Shown here: in pieces, positions 1-12,817 of the stretch | How the letters are laid out: each line of letters opens with the position of its first letter | Position numbering within the stretch: the first letter of the stretch is position 1 | Source of the DNA: Octopus sinensis | Taxonomy: Eukaryota | Reading direction: 5' to 3' | Assembly (NCBI RefSeq): GCF_006345805.1 | Contig: NC_043004.1 | Location: 94,178,001 to 94,242,000, forward strand | Length of the DNA: 64,000 bases | Program-made: the position numbers and the translations under genes | The notes under the pieces: model-generated | Seen by the model: the letters and a program-made list of their open reading frames with translations, nothing else | The model's database searches: none | What the model was told of the DNA's origin: nothing

Positions 1-135
1 TAATTCTAACACGATAACTCTAAGTCCAAAGTATATAAAAATGCACATTTACCGTTCAATTACCCGTTGATGATTATCGCAGCAGTTGCAAGGTTGCAAG
101 GTATTTACAGTTATATGCTTGTTCCTATGTTATAT

Positions 136-400
136 GCCGGTGCCTCGGTTTCCTTGGCGTATAGGTTCCCCACCTGAACAGGACGCCGGTCAGTCGCAGG
201 TGAGCTGCAAAATGCAGGAGGAAAGAGTGAGAGAAAGTTGTGGCGAAAAAGTCAGCAGAAGTTCGCCATTACCTTCTGCCGGAGCCGCGTGGAGCTTAGG
301 TGTTTCGCTCATAAACACACACATCGCCCGGTCTGAGATTCGAACCCGCAATCCCTCAACCACGAGTCCGCTGCTCTAACCACTAGGCCTGTGCCTCCAC
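136..400 (-). mobile_element. tRNA-headed SINE, family 3 variant (different 3' tail)
   Basis: Minus strand reads GTGGAGGCACAGGCCTAGTGGTTAGAGCAGCGGACTC...GGGTTCGAATCTCAGACC (A and B boxes). The body is shared with the copies at 19184 and 23291. Confidence 0.8.
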
Positions 401-442
401 TTACAGTTACATATTAACCCTTAAATTAACATTTAATACGTG

Positions 443-495
<53 letters not shown>

Positions 496-629
496 GAAGA
501 CATTTATCTATAATTATTGTGGCATTTACCGTTAAATTAGCAGTTCGTCAGTTCGTATACTTATGTCTATTTGGTTAGTCTATGTATGTTAAATGGCTCC
601 ACCCAATCAAATCAAATTTTACATGGTAA

Positions 630-1580
630 TAGTATCACACCCCACGAGTGTCAACATGTAATTTATTTTTTCATTTCGATTAAAACAATATAACATTTTA
701 TAGAGATAATTTTTCTATAGTCAAATATAGTAGAGGACATTTTATACCACGACGACGGTGAGAACGACGACATCGTCACATTTTGTATATGAGTGTGTAT
801 GTCTGCCAGTGTACGTATGTGAGTATATGAATGTATATGTGTCTTTCAGTGTGTGTGTTTCCGCATTCGGCGGCAACGTCACATTTTGTATATGAGTGTC
901 TAAGTGTATGAGTGTATGAGTGTGTGTGTGTGTGTGTGTGTGTGTGTTTCCACGTTAGAGACGTTATTCAACACACACACACACACATCTACACCAACAT
1001 GTACATATGTGACGTCTGACATGTGTCTCTCTTACTATATAGCATTACACCCCACGACTGTCAATACGTATTATTTTCATTTCCATTAAAACAATATAAC
1101 ATTTCATAGACATAATCTTTCCATAGTCAACTATAGTACAGGAGATTTTATATGAGTGTGCATGTGTCTGTGTCTGTGTGTTTGCTCGATCGATACTACG
1201 AGACAGTAAAGAACATTTTATACCATGACGACGAGGACGTCATATTTTGTATATGAGTGTGCATGTGTCTGTGAGTGCATGAGTGTGTATGTCTCTGTGA
1301 CTGTGTGTGTGTTTCCGCGTTAGGTATCTTATAAAACATACACACACATCTATACATGCATATACACATGTGACGACTAACATGCGTGAATGTATGTTTG
1401 TGTCTCTCTCACTATATGTATGTGACTGTATGTGAAAGTGTATGTGCGTGTATCTTCATTCTATATCACTGTATATGTGTTTATGAGTGTGTGGGTGTTT
1501 GTGTGTTACGTTATTAACATACACACACACAAACATCTACACATACATATACACATATACACATACATATACACATCTAC
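630..1580. repeat. Diverged tandem subrepeat block mixed with TG/CA microsatellite
   Basis: ACACCCCACGA-TGTCAA...ATTAAAACAATATAACATTT recurs at ~637 and ~1046. CACATTTTGTATATGAGTGT-like and GTTTCC-CGTTAG motifs recur 3-4 times. Confidence 0.65.
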
Positions 1581-1868
1581 ACATACATATACATATGTAA
1601 CGAGAACGGCTGGAGGTGAAACTCTTGCCAAAAAACAATTAGGCCGCACGTCCAAGATATATAAGAATACACATCTACCATTCAATTACCAGTTCACAAT
1701 TAGCACAGCAGTTGCAAGGTTGCAAGGTATTTACAATTTGCTTATATTTGGTTGACTCCATACAAAAATAAAAACATACTACATACATACAACTGCTTAC
1801 AAAAATAGAGATTAATGTATATTTTTTTCTATGTTCATAATTTTTGATTACTATATAGAACAAAAAAT

Positions 1869-2095
1869 ATGTCATCAAAGGAAAAAACGTAAGCTCTCCA
1901 GAAACAACTATCAAGCAGGGAGGATTGTAGAAAGCCGAAGGCGAGAGTTTCAAGAGAGAAGGGACATGAATCTTTCTCAAGATCAGCTGGAGCCTCATGA
2001 GAGAAGGGAGAGGAGACTTTCCAACGATTAGGAAAGGCATGCTGCAGTACTCAATGCTGAATCATTAAAACAGCGTTCAGCACGCCAGATTGTAC

Positions 2096-2133
<38 letters not shown>

Positions 2134-2172
2134 GCAATTTTAACCCCGAGCAACGCCGGGTATGTCTGCTAG
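1869..2172 (+). mobile_element. Putative non-autonomous Helitron 3' portion
   Basis: GC hairpin CCCG-AGCAACGC-CGGG (2145-2160) followed by CTAG (2169-2172) and T, the Helitron 3' signature. Upstream is a decayed R/E-rich frame (...ERRERRLSND*ERHA) reminiscent of RepHel N-termini (inference). Confidence 0.5.
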
Positions 2173-2197
2173 TATACGTATATATATATATGTGTGT

Positions 2198-2272
<75 letters not shown>

Positions 2273-2682
2273 GTACTCCTTCGTCTGGATGTTTGTCATA
2301 TTCTCTCCCCTCCTCTCTCTCTCTCTCTCTCTTTCACTGTCTCTCATTTGTATTTCCATTCCGTGTCATTTGCCTCTTTCCAGCTTTTAACCAATCTATA
2401 TTGTTATACATCACGGAATAGGACGATATATCAAACCATTTGTATGCATACACTTATATAAACACGCGCACACAATACTTCACGTCACAATCGAGCATAC
2501 ATACGCACACACGTACACACATACAAATGCACACCCAAATACACACACCTGGATAGATAAACGCACATCTATGCAGTTATATACGCGCTAATTAAATCGC
2601 ACATACACATAGCTAAATGTTTCCATGCATACATACACGACACTTGTGGGCGCCTACGCACATAAAAGAATAAAAGAATATA

Positions 2683-2730
<48 letters not shown>

Positions 2731-3372
2731 ACATACATACATACACATATATATACACACACACATACGTTCATGAATCCATATATACATATATATATAT
2801 ATGTGTGTGTATGTATATATAATGCTCATGAATACATACATACATACATACATACACAGTCACACACAACACATATATGTATGTGTATTTATGCTCATGA
2901 ACGCAAATTATATATATATATATATAATATATAATATATATATTATATATATATATACATTTATGGTCGTGAATACATATATATTCGTATGTATATGGTC
3001 ATGAATGCATCGATACTTACATACATGCATACGCTCACGCGTACGCAAACACACACACATACACACACACACCAGAGCGTACAAGCGTACGTTACGCACT
3101 TATACGCATATATATGGTTGCATATTCATACAGAACCTCGTATAACACGTGTGTATTATATGAGAAATAAAAGCACGTAATACCTGGAAACGTCACCGTG
3201 TATTGTTTCAATATAGAAACAATAAATATATATTGTTTTCGTTTGATGTCAGTTTGAATATCGTTCGCGTGGTCGTTAACATTCTAGCTTGAAAATATCC
3301 TTTGCTGCAAGTATAGGATACAGGAAATAAAATGAGGTGTGGTTCTTGTTATCGTGTTCTGTGATTTGACAG

Positions 3373-3415
3373 AAGTGAACAGACATCTCCGACAGCGCGT
3401 TCCATTCGCAGAAAG
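3373..3415 (+). CDS. Candidate coding exon a (43 nt, SEQTSPTARSIRRK) of an unidentified gene
   Basis: Acceptor gtgttctgtgatttgacag, donor AAG|gtgaca (weak). In frame with the downstream exons. Confidence 0.4.
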
Positions 3416-3551
3416 GTGACAATGAAATAATACCCTGAAAATGTTTTGTGGAGTTAAATAGTCTGGAGAAAATATTTAAGGCATGGTACATTGCAAAAAC
3501 GTCAAAGTAAGATCAAATATATTCGGTGACAGAAATACTTTTTTTATAATT

Positions 3552-4050
3552 TTGCCATAAAAGCAGCAATTTTCAGGCGACAGACAAGTTGATTACATTG
3601 ACCCCAATAGTTATCAATCCCAAAGGGGAGAAAAGTAAAGTCGACCTCAGTGGAATTTGAGCTCAGAATGTAAAGACGGACGAAATACCTATTTCTTTAT
3701 TACCCACAAGGGGCTAAACACAGAGCGGACAAACAAGGACAGACATATGTATTAAGTCGATTACATCGACCCCAGTGCGTAACTGGTACTTAATTTATCG
3801 ACCCCGAAAGGATGAAAGGCAAGGTCGACCTCGGCGGAATTTGAACTCACAACGTAACGCAGACGAAATACCGCTAAGCATTTCGCCCGGCGTGCTAACG
3901 TTTTTGCCAGCTCGCCGCTAAGCATTTTACCCGACGTTCTACCCCGTCTTCACCCTTGCTGTCTTAGTAACAGTGATTGCAAATTTTGGCACAAGGCCAG
4001 CATTTTCGGCGGAGAGAAGAAGTCGATTACATCGACCCAATGTTCAACTG
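3552..4050 (-). mobile_element. Cluster of SINE family 1 copies (near full-length copy at 3689-3918)
   Basis: Reverse complement of GCGGCGAGCTGGC...TTCAAATTCCGCCGAGGTCGAC-TTGCCTTTCATCCTTTCGGGGTCGAT. Confidence 0.9.
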
Positions 4051-4074
4051 TTACTTATTTTGTCCAGGTTACTC

Positions 4075-4300
4075 TTCTACTCCTTTATTTGTTTCAGTCA
4101 TTTGACTACGGCCATGCTGGAGCACCGCATTTAGTCGAATAAATCAACCCCGGAAGTTATGCTTTGTAAGTCTAGTACATATCTTATCGGTCTCTTTTGC
4201 CGAACCGCTAGGTTACGGTGACGTAAACATACCAGCATCGGTTGTCGAGCGATGGTGGTGAGGGGACTAACACAGATACATAAACATATACGTATATGTA
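4075..4300 (-). mobile_element. SINE family 2, 3' half
   Basis: TTGTTTCAGTCATTTGACT-CGGCCATGCTGGAGCACCGC...CCAGCATCGGTTGTC, as in the full copies. Confidence 0.85.
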
Positions 4301-4398
4301 TATATGTATATATATACAATTGCAGCGTGGAAGGTGTTTGTAAGCCATTTAAGAAACACACAAAAGCCGTTCGATTCGCTTTAACATTTAAGTTTAAT

Positions 4399-4447
4399 TT
4401 GTCAAAATATTTTCGTCGCTTTAAGACCGTGACCTGTTCACTGACAA
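4399..4447 (-). ncRNA. Minimal type-I hammerhead-like motif with G3:C8 core variant, in a probable Penelope-like fragment (~4319-4470)
   Basis: UUGUCA-GUGAACA-G-GUCAC..GCGAC-GAAA-AUAUUU-UGACAA: 6-bp stem I, stem II with one mismatch, palindromic stem III (AAUAUU). Confidence 0.5.
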
Positions 4448-5572
4448 AAATCCAGGTTTACTTTCTCAACGTCTTTTGTTGTAATCGTTTTATTTTTGGT
4501 TTTTTATATTTCATTGGGTATTTTCATGTGAATTATATTCCTATGCCTGATATCCTTATATTATATCAAGCTTAGAAATATCATGATATATCTTCTTAAA
4601 TTAGCAAGGCTGTTGGAATATAAAGTTACTTTTAAATGAAGGTTATTTTCTTTCCAAAATTTATACGATGATATTGATGCAATTTCGTTTTAGGGAATAA
4701 ATGTAAAATATGCATACGGCTTAGAAACGTATTTCTCTTGTACCTGTTTGTACCTTTTCGGTTTTATCTCCAAATTTGAGAAATTAATTCCGGACCTTTA
4801 ATTATTTAGATTGTCCTCATTCCTGTCGAATACCGATTTGTTTGTTTGTAGCGGCATCGAATTTTTCTCACTTCTTTGTTATACGTTTTGTACATCGAAT
4901 TCACAAAATGCATTTCTATTTTAACATTGAGCTGAATGCTGTGATTTTTATTTGTATTATTTGTCACGTGCAGCAGGGTCTTTTGTATACTCACTCGCTT
5001 GCTCAACACTACAGAAACCAGTATAAGTTCTGTTCTAATGAGTCTGTAGGCTTGAGAAAAACTTTAACTTATTAACTTTAATGAGACAAAAAGTGATAAC
5101 TTTTTCAATAAGTTATTTCACTATACAATCACCTTTCAATATTTTCATCATTTTGATTTGTTGTTATTTCGTCGATATCTGTGAGTATATTTCGCCATTT
5201 GAATAGCGTTTTCTCATATCAAAGACTCCTTCGGTGTTTTTTTTTTTTTTTATATAACTGAGCTACTTGAGAGCAACGAACTAACAGAATCATTAACGCA
5301 TTGGAGAAAGTGCGAGGTAGTCTGAACCAATCTGAAAAAAAAATGGGGTAATAACAGAAACAGCGTTAAGATGGATAAGATGACGGCTTGCAGGTAGACT
5401 GTCGACTTGGTGTAGCATGAATGGGACGGATAAATGGGTCTACTATGAACAACCGTATGCGAAAAAGCACAGCAGGAACAGAGCATTAGACTATTATGGG
5501 TTTAGTGTGCGTATGCAGGCGTGTTTGTGTAAGTGCCTTTCAGACAATACGCATACACACACACACCACACA

Positions 5573-5675
<103 letters not shown>

Positions 5676-5885
5676 ATTCAAAGAAATTCCAACTCTGTCT
5701 GTTTTTTATGTTTTATTTATATTCTTTATAATATTAATGTAGAATATAGAATATATAGTATAAATAATATATATATAGTAAAATGAAATGAAGTATTGAT
5801 TGTCTTATTGAATAGATGAAATATTGAATATAAAATATTAAGGGTCTAATATACTTTCTTGCATTATAGCAGTCTTCAAGGTCCC

Positions 5886-6267
5886 AGGTTATGACAGGAG
5901 TGCTTCAACTGCCTTGAAGAATTTTAGTCGAACGAATCAACTCCAATACACTTTTTAAGCCTGTTACTTATTCTGTCGGTCTCTTTTGTCAAGCGGTGGT
6001 GGGGTGCAAAGACAGACACAAAGACGCACATACATACATACATACATACATACAATCATACATTTATACATACATGCATAAGTGTATACATATATCTGTA
6101 TACACCGGGGCTCTCTCAGTTTCCGTGTACCAAATCCACTCACAAGGCTTTTGGTTGGCCCGGGGCTATAGTAAATGACACCCAAGATACCACGCTGTGG
6201 CTGTGGAATGGAAGTCAGAACTATGTGTTTGGGGAGCAAATGTCTTACCATACAGCCACACCTGGTG
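5886..6267 (-). mobile_element. SINE family 2, degenerate copy
   Basis: CAAATCCACTCACAAGGCTTT, CCATACAGCCAC and the tail motifs. Confidence 0.75.
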
Positions 6268-6524
6268 CGTGTGTAATAATAGAGAATACGGCAAGAGGAA
6301 GTAAAAAATAAATCAACTGCGAACGTGCAGATACTCACGTTGATGTACACGATGAGTAAATGAAACACGAGTTGTGTATTGTGATATCAGATGTTTTAAA
6401 GGTCTAGGAGTAAAAAAAGAGATAACAGCAATCGATAACAGAGCATTCGAAGCCAGTTGAAAAGCACTCAAGTAACAAATTCCGTTCAATGCAGTAGTTA
6501 TTGTCATTATATTGTTGTGTATCA

Positions 6525-6900
6525 AGGCGGCGAGTTGGCAGAATCGGTAGCAGACCAGGCGAAATACTCAATGGTATTTCGTCTGTTTTTACGCTCTTAA
6601 TTTAAATTCCGTCGAGGCCCACTTTGCCTTTCATCCTTTCGGAGTCGATAAAATAATTGCCAGTTGATCACTGGGGTTGATGTAATCGACTTAATCCCTA
6701 ACACAAACTTGCTGGCCTTGTGCCAAAATGTGAAACCAATACGAAGGTGGCGATCTGGCCAAAACGTTAGCACTCCGGGAAAAATACTTACCGGCATTTC
6801 GCCCGTCTTTACACTCTGAGTTCAAATTCCGCTGAGGTCGATGTGATCGACTTTTCCCATCTCCCAAAATTCCAGGCCTTGTGCCCATAGTATACAGGAT
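6525..6900 (+). mobile_element. Two degenerate SINE family 1 copies
   Basis: GGCGGCGAGTTGGCAGAATCG head and CTTTGCCTTTCATCCTTTCGG core. Confidence 0.8.
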
Positions 6901-6954
6901 TATATAGTAATGTATTGGCCCTTACCCCACACAATCACCGGTTATTTTTTTCTA

Positions 6955-7154
6955 TCTTTTATTCTTTTTCTTGTTTCAGTCATTTGACTGCGGCCATACT
7001 GGGGCACCGCCATGAAAGATTTTTGTCGAACAAATCGATCCTAGTACTTATTCTATCGGTTACTTTTGCAGAACCGCAAAGTCACAGGGATGTGGACTCA
7101 CCAATACCGGTTGTTAAGCGGTTGTGGGGGACAAAGATACACACACACACACAC

Positions 7155-7196
<42 letters not shown>

Positions 7197-7530
7197 ACGG
7201 GAAGGTTTACGAAAATAAACAAAAAACGAAGGCAGGTGGAGTACAAACAAACAAATGTATTAGTATGGCGTTCAGGAACAGAAATAGAACAAGTCTTTTA
7301 CGTTTCGAGCCTCCGCTCTTCGACAGAAAGATACACAGAAAAGAAATAAGGAGAGAAAAAAATGCGTGTAGGAGCTACGGTCCATCATGGCGTATATATA
7401 CACAACGGGATTCTCTCAGTTTCCGTCTATCAAATCCACTCACAAGAGTTTTAGTCGACCCAATGCTATATTAAAAGACACTTGTCCAAAGTGCCATGCA
7501 GTGAGACTGAACCCGGAACCATGTGGTTGG
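6955..7530 (-). mobile_element. SINE family 2 split by a Penelope-like insert (~7195-7390) in its internal TA repeat
   Basis: 3' half at 6955-7190, 5' half at 7395-7530, with unrelated sequence between. Confidence 0.75.
7294..7331 (-). ncRNA. Minimal Penelope-type hammerhead motif, degenerate (A6U)
   Basis: UCUUU-CUGUCGA-A-GAGC-GGAG-GCUC-GAAA-CGUA-AAAGA. Confidence 0.55.
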
Positions 7531-8829
7531 GAAGCATGCCTGATGAATCGTTTGGGATCAAAATTTCTAGTTTTAGTTTTTGCTGTACCCTGTGATGTTA
7601 GTCTGTGCATACGTGCGTACACACACATACACACGTATAAACCCACACAAATTTTAGAAGGGTATATTTGTGTATTTATATATGTTTTATACATTTTCGC
7701 TGTATGAAATTGACGAATTAAAGAATTTTTGCTTTACATTTATATATTTATACGTTTATACCTTCTGTATTTTTGTATTTATCTCGAAGTCCTTATGAAA
7801 AAAAAAAAACTCTCAACCGTAAAATTAGGAAACATACGTTAAAGATACATTACTCCCACTCTTTGCAAGAGTTAACCATTCATAGATGTGTAAGTAGTCT
7901 ATTTATAACTTGTTATGGTGAGCAAGCTTGAGTTTAGTGACTTAACCATGAACAAATCTTAGTATAATTCCCGGGTTGCGAAATTTGTATCTATTCTCTG
8001 TACTGCAATAATTACAATTTCTCTACCATTTGATAAATACCATAACGCATGGACCTGTCTTAATATCTTATATTGTTGATTATGGAGAACTTGTATGTTT
8101 GACAGGGTTTCTGAGCACTTGCAAACGAAACCCCCAATTTAATCCTCTCTTCGAACCAAAGCAGTATTTATGATGGAAACGAAATAGCTAATTGGATAGG
8201 TTGTTATTTGATATATGTTGCAGTTGTCCCCTCGTGTATTTGATTAGCACACATAATTCTACAATGTTTACGTTCAGCTAGCTATAGGAAATAGTGACTT
8301 GATATGTTGAGAATATTAATTTGCATAGAATCTATATATATCTACGAGGAGATAAACCTAGCATCCACCGTGATCCAAAAGTAGAACTGCACCTCAGTTA
8401 TTAGAAGCCCTTCAAAGTTGTGAAGATATATATATATATATTTACGGCATTACCAAACAACGAACTATTTGTCAATTTTTTATACGATCGTTATTTGCAG
8501 CTACGGTTCTGTACTATGATGTAATATGTATTTATATCTCAGTGGTTCCGATATTTTTTTGAGAGCTACTGTGTGCCACCGTTACGGAGACAACGCGGTG
8601 CCCGGGACAATATGAGAATTGTTGAAGTTTCGGTTGTTATCCCTGAACTATATCATACTGGCCATCAACAGCTCTCGATTGTTAATTAGTGATCCATAAT
8701 TATTGACAGGAAGGTTAATTGAAAATGTGAAACCAGCTGTAAAATGAGAACAAAACAATTAATCATCAAGCTTTTATTTTCATTTTTAGCTCTAAATTTT
8801 AACGATGTATTTTGTAATTTTTATTTCAG

Positions 8830-8856
8830 AGTCAGAGAGCGTCAAGCTCTCTTCCG
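8830..8856 (+). CDS. Candidate coding micro-exon b (27 nt, SQRASSSLP)
   Basis: T-rich acceptor ending ttatttcag, donor CCG|gtaata, frame-preserving length. Confidence 0.45.
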
Positions 8857-9729
8857 GTAATAATTTAGTTTGCTTAAAAATGTCTGCGGGTTGTGTAAGT
8901 CTCGGTTATTGACATATCGTTGAAGCAGCGGAAATACATGAATTTTTATTATTGTTATTGTTGTTCATGTTATTTTTATTATTGTTATAGTTGTTCATGT
9001 TATTTTTATTATTGTTATAGTTGGCTTTACTTGTCATTCTCTTATTGATGCTGATAATACTTTAGATTAATTTATTTTTTTAATATATTTTTTTCTCCGT
9101 TTATTGCTCCCTCTTCTCTACTGCAAGCTATTGGTGCCATAAAGCTATGACGTCAATAATGATATAACGGTCAGTCAATAATGATGATATAATGGCTCTT
9201 TCAACTAACAATTCGTTTATTGAGAAGAGTAGTTAGATGTGGGGGTTGTTTTTCGTTGCTAAGCCAACTTTTGTTAAAAGCATAATAAATTACCATTTGA
9301 CTCTATAATGGGAAAACAAAGACAACTGAAAGTAGACTGAAATTACTACTTTGCAAATATGATCGTTATTGATTTGATGTTATGCTATTGTATCTGGTGA
9401 GCCATATCTGGTCGACTTGTATCTGTGTCCGCACGCCGTCCGATGCTTTCATAGTTCGAGTTCCATTTCGGACGATAGACTGAAGTTGATTCTTAGAAAA
9501 TAAGGCTGGCATTGGTTTCATATTATACGAAGGTTTCATCTCATGTAGAGCCATTGAAGCAGTCAAAAGTTCATGGATCTGATTTACGGAAGAATTAAAT
9601 ACGCAAGCATAATTTCTTGCCGAAAGGAAGGATATTAGATTTTAATACGGTGAAAATATTTTTTTCGATTTTACATGTCAAAGTCGTTGAATAGGGATAA
9701 AAAAATAAGAAAGATATAAAGCTGTTGAG

Positions 9730-10050
9730 TACGATGATGGTGTTGAATTTGTGTGCGATGAATAGAGTAATGATGATGGCTTCGAATATGATGGTTATAA
9801 TGATGATGATGATGAGGAGGAGGATGGTTATTATGGCCATGGTAATGATAAGGGTGACGATGATGATGATGACGGCGACGACGACAATGATAATGTTGAT
9901 GTTGATGGTGATGGCGATGATGAAGATAACGATGACGATGGTGGTCGTGGTCATAGTAATGGTGTTGGTGGTGTTGATGATAATGTTGATGATGATGATG
10001 ACGACGACGATGACGATGATCACAATGATGATGATCGCGATGATGATGAT
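9730..10050. repeat. Degenerate (GAT)n microsatellite
   Basis: GAT/GAC/GGT runs visible directly. Confidence 0.95.
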
Positions 10051-10111
10051 TGTAAGCTGGCATAATTGTCTGAGTGTTGGAAGAAATACTCGCTTCGCAA
10101 TATATCTTCTA

Positions 10112-10521
10112 ACTCTTTTACTCTTTTACTTGTTTCAGTCATTTGACTGCGGCTATGCTGGAGTACCGCCTTAAGTCGAGCAAATCGACCCCAGGACTTA
10201 TTCATTGTAAGCCTAGTACTTATTCTATCGCTCTCTTTTGCCGAACCGCTAAGTTACAGGAACGTAAACACACCAGCATCGGTTGTCAAGCGATGTTGGG
10301 GGGGGGGACAAACACAGACACATAAACACACACATATATATATATATACATATATACGACGTGCTTCTTTCAGTTTCCGTCTACCAAATATCCACTCACA
10401 AGGCTTTGGTTGGCCCGAGGCTATAGTAGAAGACACTTGCTTAAGGTGCCACGCAGTGGGACTGAAGCCGGAACCATGTGGTTGGTAAGCAAGCTACTTA
10501 CCACACAGCCACTCCTGCGCC
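10112..10521 (-). mobile_element. SINE family 2, full length (tRNA head, CORE-like CCTT..GCAAGTGTCTT segment, internal TA/TG repeat, AGTAAAAG tail)
   Basis: Colinear with the plus-strand copy at 57420-57835. Confidence 0.92.
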
Positions 10522-10908
10522 TCTTTACATTCTGAGTTCAAATATCACCGAAGTCAGCTTTTACCTCTCATCCTTCCCTACTGATCAGTAAAGCAAAGAT
10601 ACAAAAGAGGTACTGGAGAGTGATGGTATCGACTAACCATGATCCCCTCAAAATTGCTGGTGTTGTGCCTAAATCGGAGTCCATTTGAAGGTGGAATGCT
10701 AGCAAAATCGTTAGAGTGTCGGACAAAATGCATCGAGTTATTTCTTCCAGTTGTTTACGTTCCGAGTATCAATTCCGCCCAAAGTCGATATTTTCGAGGT
10801 CGATGAAATAAGTACAGTTGAACATTGGAGCCGATATAATCGACTAGCACTCCCATCCCACCAAATTTCAGGCCATGTGCCTATAATAAGAACGGATTAT
10901 TATTATTA

Positions 10909-10973
<65 letters not shown>

Positions 10974-10975
<2 letters not shown>

Positions 10976-11635
10976 GGCGGCGAGCTGGCAGAATCGTTAG
11001 CGCGCTAGTTGAAATGCTAAGCGGTGTTTCGTCTGCCGTTACCTTCTGAGTTCAAATTCCACCGAGGTCAACTTTGCTTTCATCCTTTCGGGTACGATGA
11101 AATAAGTACCAGTTATGTACTGGGGTTGATGTAATCGACTTAATCCCTTCTCCCAAATTTGAGGCCTTGTGCTTCCAGTAGAAAGGATAATTATTATCAT
11201 TGTAAGGAGGTGAGCAGGCAGAATCGTTACCGTTGAAGGTGGCAAGCTGGCAGAATTGTGGGCGAAATGCTTAGCGGTATTTCGTCTGCCGCTACGTTCT
11301 GAGTTCAAATTCCGCCGAGGTCGACTTTGCCTTTCATCCATTTGGGGTCGATAAATTAAATACCAGTTACGTACTGGGGTCGATGTAATCGACTTAATTT
11401 CTTTATCTGTCCTTGTTTGTCCCCTCTGTGTTTAGCTCCTTGTGGGCAATAAAGAAATAAGAATCATTACCGCAACAGGAAAAATGCTTAGCAGCATTTC
11501 GTCTGTCTTTACGTACTAAGTTCAAATTCCGCCGAGGTCGACTTTGCCTTTCATCCATTTCGGGTGGATAAAATAAGTACCAGTTACGCACTGGGGTCGA
11601 TGTAAATTGCTGGTCTTGTGCCAAAATTTGAAAGC
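10974..11635 (+). mobile_element. Three tandem SINE family 1 copies following a (TAT)n repeat
   Basis: Repeated head, core and ...CTGGGG-CGATGTAA motifs. Confidence 0.88.
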
Positions 11636-12419
11636 GTTGTTGTTGTTGTTGCTGCTGCTGTTGTTGTTATTTTTGTTATAGGGAAGAGAAAGGAAATGAA
11701 GGAAACTGAACTGTGGGAAGCGAAACAGAAGGTAGATAAAGAGCAACAGCAGCAGCAGCATCAACTGCACCATTAATTAGAAAATCAACAAAATTTGCAG
11801 TAATTGCAACAACAACACCAAAACATTAACTACTGCATCAAGAATAGCAATAAAAACAAGAAGCAAGATCTACATTAATAATAACAACTACAACAATACC
11901 AACAACAATAATTGCATCGACAAGAACTAGAAAGTATTTTTTTCTCAACAATTTTAAGACGTTTATTTCTATGAAAATATTCAAATTATTCATTCAACTC
12001 TCAGAAATAACTGCTTCGAATCTAATCAAATACTGTGAAGATTCAACAACAAACACAGCCCCTTCCTTTCCAAATATAAAGGATCTTTCAGATATAATTG
12101 TTGTGGGATTGTTAAGAGGCCAGGTCCTCTTCCTCCCATTGTATGATTCTCACACAAACTTTGTCTTCCTTCAGGAAAGCTTTATCGATTTTGTCTTTCT
12201 TTTACTTTGCTTTTGTCGTCGTTATTGTTGTTGTTTTTATTTATTGTTCTGTTATGATGTTGAAATGAAAATGTTGTTGTGTGTCTGTGTGTCAAGGCTA
12301 GGCAAGACGAAATAGAGAGAGAGAGAGTAGAGTGGGTGAGAGAAAGAGGGAGAGAGAGGACGAAAGACATGAGAGAAATAGGGAATTGCAACAACAACAA
12401 TAATTATAATCGTTCCAAA

Positions 12420-12775
12420 TTTTGGCACAAGGCCAGCAATTCTGAGGAAAGAGACAAATCGATTACGTTGACCCCAGTACTTATCTTATCGACCCTGAAA
12501 AGATGAAAGGCAAAGTTGACCTCGTCGAGAGTTTAAATCAAAACCTAATGAACTGGAACAAGCTTCGCCAAACTTTTTCCCAAACGTTCTACCAATTCAC
12601 CCAACATCTTTAAGTGGTTTCTGATTTAAGCACAAGGCCAGCAGTTTTTGAGTGGAGGGGTTAGTTGCAATCATCGACCCCAGTATTTGGCTGATATTCT
12701 TTTTTTATCGATCTCGGGAGGTTGAAATGCAAAGTGGTCCCCGGTGAAGTTTCATCGCAGAATCTAAGAGGGAAG
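12420..12775 (-). mobile_element. Degenerate SINE family 1 fragments
   Basis: ATCGACCC..AAAGATGAAAGGCAAAGTTGACCTC and GGCACAAGGCCAGCA motifs. Confidence 0.7.
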
Positions 12776-12817
12776 GTATTTTATCCGATATTCTGTTCTG
12801 CCTGTTCACCGCCAAAA

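Noticed and set aside
520-552. CUGACGA or CUGAUGA cores at ~545 (minus), ~7542 (plus), ~41775 (minus) and ~43925 (minus)
   Set aside because: No GAAA after stem II, or no stems I and III.
630-1580. Repeat-spacer appearance suggesting a CRISPR-like array
   Set aside because: Units are long, diverged and irregular; eukaryotic context; no cas genes.
5280-5490. Possible RTE reverse-transcriptase relic (QAVILSIL)
   Set aside because: Similarity too short to support.
9366-9566. 66-aa ORF and nearby acceptor
   Set aside because: No homology recognised; gives a stop in the frame of the exon chain.
11971-12315. 114-aa ORF
   Set aside because: No recognisable domain; runs into low-complexity sequence.
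12761-12775. 15-nt in-frame exon candidate (NLRGK)
   Set aside because: Lies inside a degenerate SINE 1 and has a poor pyrimidine tract. The chain stays in frame without it.
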